A stretch of DNA of 64,000 nucleotides, taken from assembly GCA_963662715.1 (NCBI GenBank), contig OY759724.1, positions 460,670 to 524,669 of the forward strand, read 5' to 3'. The notes below the pieces were generated by a model, which worked only from the letters and a program-made list of their open reading frames with translations, made no database searches and had not been told where the DNA came from. Of the stretch, positions 57,916 to 64,000 are shown piece by piece (within the stretch, counting starts at the first letter, position 1; every line of letters begins with the position of its first letter). The position numbers and the translations under genes were made by a program. Origin of the DNA: Candidatus Omnitrophota bacterium (GTDB taxonomy: Bacteria > Omnitrophota > Gorgyraeia > Zapsychrales > JANLHA01).

Positions 57916-59882
57916 TTCGCCAACTTCCTTTCCTTTAAGGATTCCCGTTTTTTACCTGAATTGATGGTCCCTAATAAAACCTTGGCTGCCTCCTCCGGAC
58001 CTTTCTGTTCATATCCTGCTATCCCCAGCCGTGTTCTCATCTGTCCCACAAATATGTTTTGGGCAAAGAAGAGTTTAAAAAACTTCTTTGCGACTTTATC
58101 GTGTACTTCCCTGTATTGAGGCGGGCCAAAGATATTCGCAAAATAAGAATGGACCAGCCCTGTAGAAGTGGTTGTCCCCTTACTCATGACAGCCCCTTCC
58201 TGAAATACATTCAGGGCTTTCTGGGCATCCTCAATCCGATCAATTAAAGGATGGTCAGCATTAATTTCTTCATAATTATTCGCATATAAAATAAAATCTA
58301 TCTTATGTTCCCTGATAACACGGTCATAAGGCGTGATGGGCATAATAATCCGGGCATTCACCTTATTGGCACCCATAATAATGGCTCTGTCAATCTGGCC
58401 AAAAGCATAACCGGGCTTTAAATCATCCAATCTTAAAAAAGCTCCGATTTCCGTGCCTATCCCTACAATCTCGCCTTTGTTATTTATTCTAATTGACCCC
58501 ATGTCATCGGCAATAATATGCATGTCCTTGATTTCGCCATAACCAATCTCACGGAACGCCTCTAATGTTTCCGACTTCCCTGCCCCCGTATCTCCGATAA
58601 GCAATATTGTCGCCTTCTTTTTTGTTTTCAAAGTTATATGCACTAAGGCTCCATGAAAAGGCAGGTGCCCTCTTTTCATCATTATGACATTATGCAACGT
58701 TAACACCATCTTTTTCAAGTAACCGAAATAGCCGAATTCCTCTTTTCCGGGAACCGCCGCAAAGAGTATTTTATTTCTTTCATCGTCATAAAAAACGGTC
58801 TGGTATTCCCCTAATCCTTTAACAGTCTTCTCGGGCACCCCGAAACAGTAAACAGCATCCGGCTTCCTTTTTAGGTCTTCCTCTTCTGCGAGCTGAAAAA
58901 GATTGGCCAGCGAATACCCCAATTCCACAAAAGTGTTGTGAAAATAAATTAAAATGAGCAGTTCTCCGACTTTTGCCGGATAACAGGCCCATTCTTTCTT
59001 CTTGATAGTCAATCTCTCCACAGGGTTTTCATACACCCGCTCAAAAGCACCCGTTCTCTTATTCATGGGAGGGTTTAGAATCAGGGGAGGATACAGGAGG
59101 ACCTGACGAATGACAGGAACTGTTTTAAGCTTATCATACTCACTCGCAGGAAAATCAATATCCATAGGGGCTGCGATAGCCGCCACTTCCGCGCCCGCCC
59201 GCACCTGGCGATAAATATTGGGATGAGCGCCGGTGATGTTTTCCGCAACATCACGATAAGCGGCCCTGACTAAATGGGTCAATTTTTCAATCGTTTCGTT
59301 AAAAACTCTATACGGGCGTCTCTCAATATCCGCATCTTCAGAAGAGCAGACAAGAAAACGGTCAAAGCTCCTCCAGTAATTGTAAAGATGCTCGACAAAT
59401 TCATTGAACAACATCCTGTCTTCCAGGAAGGCCTCGGAGCCTTTCACAACTTTGGGGACTAAGTCCCCTCTCATTTTCGTCAAATAAAGGAATGTCTGAA
59501 CAAGTGTATTTATTTTTGATTCATCAATTTTCTTTGAACGGAATATTCCCAGCAGTTCAGAGTCGTGCTCCTGCAAATCCTGTATGCAATTCTTCAATAC
59601 ACAAAGGAATAATTTGCTGGAAATCAACTCTTCCGATGTTTCGCAGATTCTGTTCCGGATCCTGATGATGATTTTGTTCTGATAAAATGCAAACTCGCCA
59701 AAATTCACGAAACCCCCTTTCACTTTTTTGTTCACGTTGAAGAAATTATAACAGATAATACCAATAATTAGAAACAAAAACCCAAACCCGGGAGGGACGA
59801 AAACCTGACGACAAATTTCACCCAAAAAAGCTAATTGGCTGGCAGAGGCATAAAAAATACGTTGCAAGCTATTGTCCCGCAA
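57912..59882 (-). CDS. membrane-anchored protein with a C-terminal HprK/P-like P-loop kinase domain and a large N-terminal domain of unknown function
   Basis: N-terminal TM helix; C-terminal HGALVHITLKTKKKATILLIGDTGAGKSETLEAFREIGYGEIKDMHIIADDMGSI…IMPITPYD aligns to the HPr kinase/phosphorylase catalytic domain; the N-terminal HprK domain is absent. Confidence 0.6.
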   Translation of the reverse strand: MRDNSLQRIFYASASQLAFLGEICRQVFVPPGFGFLFLIIGIICYNFFNVNKKVKGGFVNFGEFAFYQNKIIIRIRNRICETSEELISSKLFLCVLKNCIQDLQEHDSELLGIFRSKKIDESKINTLVQTFLYLTKMRGDLVPKVVKGSEAFLEDRMLFNEFVEHLYNYWRSFDRFLVCSSEDADIERRPYRVFNETIEKLTHLVRAAYRDVAENITGAHPNIYRQVRAGAEVAAIAAPMDIDFPASEYDKLKTVPVIRQVLLYPPLILNPPMNKRTGAFERVYENPVERLTIKKKEWACYPAKVGELLILIYFHNTFVELGYSLANLFQLAEEEDLKRKPDAVYCFGVPEKTVKGLGEYQTVFYDDERNKILFAAVPGKEEFGYFGYLKKMVLTLHNVIMMKRGHLPFHGALVHITLKTKKKATILLIGDTGAGKSETLEAFREIGYGEIKDMHIIADDMGSIRINNKGEIVGIGTEIGAFLRLDDLKPGYAFGQIDRAIIMGANKVNARIIMPITPYDRVIREHKIDFILYANNYEEINADHPLIDRIEDAQKALNVFQEGAVMSKGTTTSTGLVHSYFANIFGPPQYREVHDKVAKKFFKLFFAQNIFVGQMRTRLGIAGYEQKGPEEAAKVLLGTINSGKKRESLKERKLAK

Positions 59883-59965
59883 CGGATTTAAAATTCCTCT
59901 TCACCAGGGCCGCCACAAAAACTTATTGAAAACAACTGATTCCAGATTATTTTTTATTTAACATA

Positions 59966-62900
59966 TTATTCTTTTTTCAGAAAATCGTTGTGGTAATCAA
60001 AAACTGATTGATTCGTAGATTGCTGAGTTCTATCTTCGACTAACTTAAAAGCAGAAAACATGTCAATGGAATTACTGCCTGACCCCGGCCCCATCTTAAA
60101 AGCCTTTGTGTCAGAATTAGATGCACCGGATAAAGACCGCGCTCCGGCAGTGTTCTCCTGCGTCCCGTTAACAAACTGCTGCACACTTACTACTGACTCA
60201 ATAATATTATTCACATCTTCATTGGTGGTGTTGGTTCCGGTATCATCTACGACATCCGGCGCTGCTGTGATGGTCAATGTCCCGTTCGTATAACTCGCCG
60301 CATATCCCAAGAGAGACGTATACCCACCCGGGGTAATCACATAACCGCCGACATCGGTCGCGCCCTGGGAGGAGCCGGAATAGGAAACCGTCCCGCTGAA
60401 AGCTAATACAGCGGTATCCCCGTTAACAAAGTCGCTGGAAGTAACGCTGACTCCGTTGCCGCCGGAATACGCAGATCCGCTGTAAACCTGGCTATCGTCG
60501 TTAGCCGTGATGGTTACTGCTGGTTGTTCACGATAAATGGCATAATTGCCGCTCCCCAAAGACGTGACATAATTGGCATCATCCTCATCACTGTTATAGC
60601 GGAAATTCCCGCTGGCGGAACCGATCAGCGCGGTCAACCCGGCGCTATCGCTGACATCTCCGGAATATAATGTTGCGCGCCCGCCGGAATCAACAGAAAG
60701 GCTTGCTCCGCTCACAACAATATCACCACCGGTGGCTGTTCCGGCCGCCGTACTTTTTCCCGCGTTTAACGTGATCGCGCTTGATCCTGTATTTGTTGTC
60801 GCAACCGCGCCGGTTAATGTCAAGTCGCCGGTTAAAGTCGCGATATCCACAGTACCTGTTGAATTCACTGCCCCAAGCGACATGGCATTACTATCAACTA
60901 ATTGTAAATTCTGTGCGGACACCACCGAAACCGCGCCGGTAAAGTCATTGTTTGTATTTGCCAATGTTACCGCGTTTGTCCCGGCGGTGATCGATGTGGT
61001 TCCCGTAACGTCCAACGCGCCGCTTTGCGTCAGCGCCCCTCCGGTCTGTAACATCAAATTCCCGGAAACCGTTGACGCACCCAGGTCCATCGCATCCGTA
61101 TCCCGCAAACTCACATCGTTTCCGGAAACAACGGACACCGCCCCGGCAAAATCATTCGATGCGTTAGTCAATGTAACATCATTAGCGGAACCAGCCGTAA
61201 TCGTTGTCGTGCCTGTTACATCCAAGGCCGCGGTCTGGGTAATAGCGCCCGCGCTTGTCATCGCCAAGTTTGCCGCCGCGGTTACGGCCCCGCCGATGGT
61301 AATGGTTGAATTTGTCTGCAATGTCGTGCTGTCCTGAAAAGTCGGGGTTCCTCCTACCGTGATCGCGCCCGCTGTAGAGCTTCCGATAGTGACGCTGGAA
61401 AAACCGTCTTGAATATAACCCCATTCTGCCGCACTGATGTTGAGATCGCCGCTGCCGCCGGCCAGGCCGATCGTTCTTGCGGCAGAAGACGGCTTGATGG
61501 TCAATGTGCCGCTGCCGCCGGTTGCTGCAATTGGCGCTGCCACGTCCATGAAGAGTGAATCAGCGACTATGGTAATCGCACTATTGGAACTTGTGACGCT
61601 TGAACCGGATTTCTCCCCAATATATGTCGCACTCAAACGCATGTTTGAACCGCTAAGCGTAATGGCCCCGGTTGCTGACAACACGGCGTTCGTACTATCC
61701 GCGAGGGATAAATCATATCCTGAACCGGTAGTGCTGCCCGTAATCGTAATTCCACCGCTTCCTGTCGCTGAAATTGTCTGGCCCCAACCGATGTCAACAC
61801 CATGGCTATTTGATGTCGCATTCGTTCCGGTGATCATTAATGTGTCGGCTGATGATGTCGTTATCGTGCCGGTATTGCCGCCCTCTTTCATTTCTACCCC
61901 TTTTACATCACTGACCACAACTGTAGCAGCAGCTTGACCATCAATAATAATTTGTCCCGATCCGGAATTGATATTTTGGTCAGCAATATACACACCCATG
62001 TGACCATTAGCGCTAGAGGTATCTACCGTTTTCCCGCTGATCTTTATATTTCCCCCGCTAGTAGTGAGGGTTGCATATTTCAAATAGACACCGGCATAGC
62101 GTTCACCTGTTTTTAAATAATCAGCCGCATAATCATCGCCTACAGTAAGCGTGTCGGCTCCGCTGTAGGGCGTCCAGCTTGCTGTGCCATCGCCGCCGCC
62201 CATCCAGATGCCTCCACCATTAGTATTGATAGTTATCAAACTTCCGGAGGTGCCTGGCAATCCGATTCCTCCGATAGAATTCCCATCACTGTCCGCCCAA
62301 AATATCAAACTGGAACTTATCCCATCGCCACCCGCCGCGGCACCGGTCAGGGTTGCACCGGCGTTCACCTCAATATTCCCGGCAGTCTTAAGCGTCAAGG
62401 GATCACTGTAAGAAACCGAAGCAGCCACCGTAATATCACCGGCCGAGGTGTTCCCGATAACAATACCGGAAAAACCACTCACAAAATTTGTTGAGAAATA
62501 ACTGGCCGGAAGGTCAAGGTCATAACTGGTTGTCGCAAGCCCGATCGTTGTATCAGCCGTCCTTGGCTGAATCGTCAATGTTCCGGTACTTGCAAACCGG
62601 TCATTAGCATGAAGAGTCAGGGTATCTGCGTTCAATGTAATATTACTCGAAGAAGACGTCACATCCGTACCGCTTTTTTGTCCTAAATATCCGGGCTGAT
62701 AAATATCCGTACTGCTGTTCACAGTGCTGCCTACTGTTCCGGTTATTGTGATCGCACCGCTGCTAGAAAGGACATTCCCCAAATTCCACATAACAACCCC
62801 GTTAGCTTGAGTGCTTCCTGTCCCGTCGGTTGTCCCGCCCGTTCCGGTAATGGTAATGCCCCCTCCGGCAGTTGTCTGAATTGTTCCCCGCAAATCCACT

Positions 62901-64000
62901 CCCATAGCCCATCCGGTATTATTTGTTGTGCTCGCGTCCCCGACAATCGTAATTGCGTCAGACTCCGTATTGGCAGATGTAATTTTTCCGCTAATCCATG
63001 AAATCCCTTGGGCATTAATTCCAGACGTCTCCTGAGAAACTCCATAAAGACTTATTTTCCCCGTACCACTATTGATATTTAACCCATCTCCGGAAGCCAC
63101 ATCGGCATAAATCCCCATATTAGTTTGCACCCCGAGCGCATCAAGAACATTACCAGTAGCCGCACCCTGACCGCGAATCGTGACATCTCCTCCCCCTGAA
63201 GTAATCGTCGTGCCCTGAAACCAAATGCCGCTTGTTTGACTGGCCACACCATCAAGTCCCTGGGCAAACCCGTCGGGTATACCATCACTGGCCGTCCCGC
63301 CATTGCTCCCGTCATCGGCGCCTCCCGCCAAAGTCACATCGCCACCGTTAGAAGTGATCGAAGAACTTGGCTTCATCCAGACCATCCCGCCGCCTGTCGC
63401 ATCACTATCCGCCCAAAAAACAACATTAAGCTTGTTGCTGTCGCTTCTAGAGATGCTCATACCGGAATTCAGAAAAATGTTCCGATCAGCCTTAAACGTC
63501 AATGTCGTATCCGCCGACCCTCCGCTGACACTGATATTATCATTAATCGTAATGTCGCCATCCGTCCCGCTGAATGAACCGTCACAGGAAGCGCCGGTGC
63601 AGCTACCTGTTCCGGCAGTGTCCAGCGTCACATTCGTTGTCCGTAAAGCAGTAGCGATTGTTGCCCCGGATATATCGTCTCCAGAGGAATCGACTGTAAT
63701 ATCAACCGGATCAATCAACCATTCACCGATTTCACCATCAATGGCATGCGTGGTGATTTTCACCGTATCCTTAATGTTTACCGTCGCCGCGCTTGTTTCA
63801 ATAAACCCTCCGTCGCCGCCATTGGGTGCCGAGGCGTCCAGCGTGCCGTCAACGATCGTTTTACCGTATTCCATATCGGAAAGCAACAAGATGCGACCAT
63901 TTCTTTCCGCGATTGTCTGCGCCTCGATCACACCTTCATTATTCACTACCGCGTTGGTAAGCTCATCCGCCGCCTCAGCCGTCATAAACACTACCCCGCC
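59966..64000 (-). CDS. giant beta-helical exoprotein of the filamentous-haemagglutinin / two-partner-secretion type; the N-terminus lies beyond the window end
   Basis: ≥1341 aa rich in T/G/S/N/A with degenerate ~20-aa beta-helix repeats (…TITG…G…TL…); …APNGGDGGFIETSAATVNI… is typical of the end of the TPS/haemagglutination domain; the ORF is open at position 64000. Confidence 0.7.
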   Translation of the reverse strand, partial: GGVVFMTAEAADELTNAVVNNEGVIEAQTIAERNGRILLLSDMEYGKTIVDGTLDASAPNGGDGGFIETSAATVNIKDTVKITTHAIDGEIGEWLIDPVDITVDSSGDDISGATIATALRTTNVTLDTAGTGSCTGASCDGSFSGTDGDITINDNISVSGGSADTTLTFKADRNIFLNSGMSISRSDSNKLNVVFWADSDATGGGMVWMKPSSSITSNGGDVTLAGGADDGSNGGTASDGIPDGFAQGLDGVASQTSGIWFQGTTITSGGGDVTIRGQGAATGNVLDALGVQTNMGIYADVASGDGLNINSGTGKISLYGVSQETSGINAQGISWISGKITSANTESDAITIVGDASTTNNTGWAMGVDLRGTIQTTAGGGITITGTGGTTDGTGSTQANGVVMWNLGNVLSSSGAITITGTVGSTVNSSTDIYQPGYLGQKSGTDVTSSSSNITLNADTLTLHANDRFASTGTLTIQPRTADTTIGLATTSYDLDLPASYFSTNFVSGFSGIVIGNTSAGDITVAASVSYSDPLTLKTAGNIEVNAGATLTGAAAGGDGISSSLIFWADSDGNSIGGIGLPGTSGSLITINTNGGGIWMGGGDGTASWTPYSGADTLTVGDDYAADYLKTGERYAGVYLKYATLTTSGGNIKISGKTVDTSSANGHMGVYIADQNINSGSGQIIIDGQAAATVVVSDVKGVEMKEGGNTGTITTSSADTLMITGTNATSNSHGVDIGWGQTISATGSGGITITGSTTGSGYDLSLADSTNAVLSATGAITLSGSNMRLSATYIGEKSGSSVTSSNSAITIVADSLFMDVAAPIAATGGSGTLTIKPSSAARTIGLAGGSGDLNISAAEWGYIQDGFSSVTIGSSTAGAITVGGTPTFQDSTTLQTNSTITIGGAVTAAANLAMTSAGAITQTAALDVTGTTTITAGSANDVTLTNASNDFAGAVSVVSGNDVSLRDTDAMDLGASTVSGNLMLQTGGALTQSGALDVTGTTSITAGTNAVTLANTNNDFTGAVSVVSAQNLQLVDSNAMSLGAVNSTGTVDIATLTGDLTLTGAVATTNTGSSAITLNAGKSTAAGTATGGDIVVSGASLSVDSGGRATLYSGDVSDSAGLTALIGSASGNFRYNSDEDDANYVTSLGSGNYAIYREQPAVTITANDDSQVYSGSAYSGGNGVSVTSSDFVNGDTAVLAFSGTVSYSGSSQGATDVGGYVITPGGYTSLLGYAASYTNGTLTITAAPDVVDDTGTNTTNEDVNNIIESVVSVQQFVNGTQENTAGARSLSGASNSDTKAFKMGPGSGSNSIDMFSAFKLVEDRTQQSTNQSVFDYHNDFLKKE

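Noticed and set aside
60060-62411. Plus-strand ORFs (60060..60293, 60732..61337, 61437..61937, 62184..62411) inside the giant adhesin gene.
   Set aside because: These Ala/Val/Pro-rich translations are complements of the Thr/Gly/Asn-rich beta-helix repeats. The minus-strand ORF is the real gene.
1-64000. Search for CRISPR arrays, tRNA/rRNA genes, transposases, integrases and phage genes.
   Set aside because: I saw no regularly spaced direct repeats, no cloverleaf-like or rRNA-like segments, and no DDE, tyrosine or serine recombinase signatures in any ORF. The window appears to be stable chromosomal sequence.

Overview
This 64-kb chromosomal segment is roughly 50% GC and almost all genes run on the minus strand. 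The gene content suggests an anaerobic Gram-negative bacterium, possibly Desulfobacterota- or deltaproteobacteria-like, but that is a guess from content only. I found no transposases, integrases, CRISPR arrays, rRNA or tRNA genes.

What is in the window, left to right:
- Positions 1-1034: a truncated glgE (alpha-glucan maltosyltransferase), followed by speH, an FKBP-type PPIase, an SGNH hydrolase and a DEAD-box helicase.
- Positions 6.1-8.2 kb: a B12-binding radical SAM enzyme and a TetR-family regulator.
- Positions 8.3-16 kb: an envelope-stress/efflux region with an ECF sigma factor, a zf-HC2 anti-sigma factor, three LTXXQ (Spy/CpxP/ZraP-like) periplasmic paralogs and a MacB-MacA-TolC pump.
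- Positions 16.8-22 kb: a nickel/cobalt ECF-type uptake operon (NikK-CbiM-NikL-CbiQ-CbiO) headed by NikR, with a porin encoded downstream.
- Positions 22-28 kb: housekeeping genes, including a zinc alcohol dehydrogenase, a DhnA-type aldolase and YchF.

The most unusual region is a 24-47 kb envelope-lipid island. It carries:
- an MMPL/RND-type exporter;
- a GT2 plus GT-C (ArnT/PMT-like) glycosylation module with a methyltransferase and two multi-pass membrane proteins;
- a PAPS-supply module (cysQ, cysD, a cysN fused to a degenerate APS-kinase-like domain, and a cysC with a membrane-anchored N-terminus) with no reductive assimilation genes in the window;
- a Fur-family regulator;
- a tightly translationally coupled operon encoding a serine-palmitoyltransferase-like alpha-oxoamine synthase, two DAGK-family lipid kinases, a UbiA prenyltransferase, and a large SDR (NAD-dependent epimerase-like)::radical-SAM/SPASM fusion protein.

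I interpret this island as a candidate pathway for a sphingoid-type, possibly sulfated or glycosylated, lipid that is not described as such. This is my main candidate for a novel system.

Further downstream:
- a PTS-EIIA(Ntr)-like / cation:proton antiporter / PII-like three-gene module;
- uppP, a methyltransferase and a BASS-family transporter;
- MORN-repeat, YkgJ cysteine-cluster and TPR secreted proteins;
- a membrane-anchored protein with an HprK/P-like kinase domain, translationally coupled to a secreted Ig-like protein;
- a truncated giant FHA-type beta-helical exoprotein at the window end.
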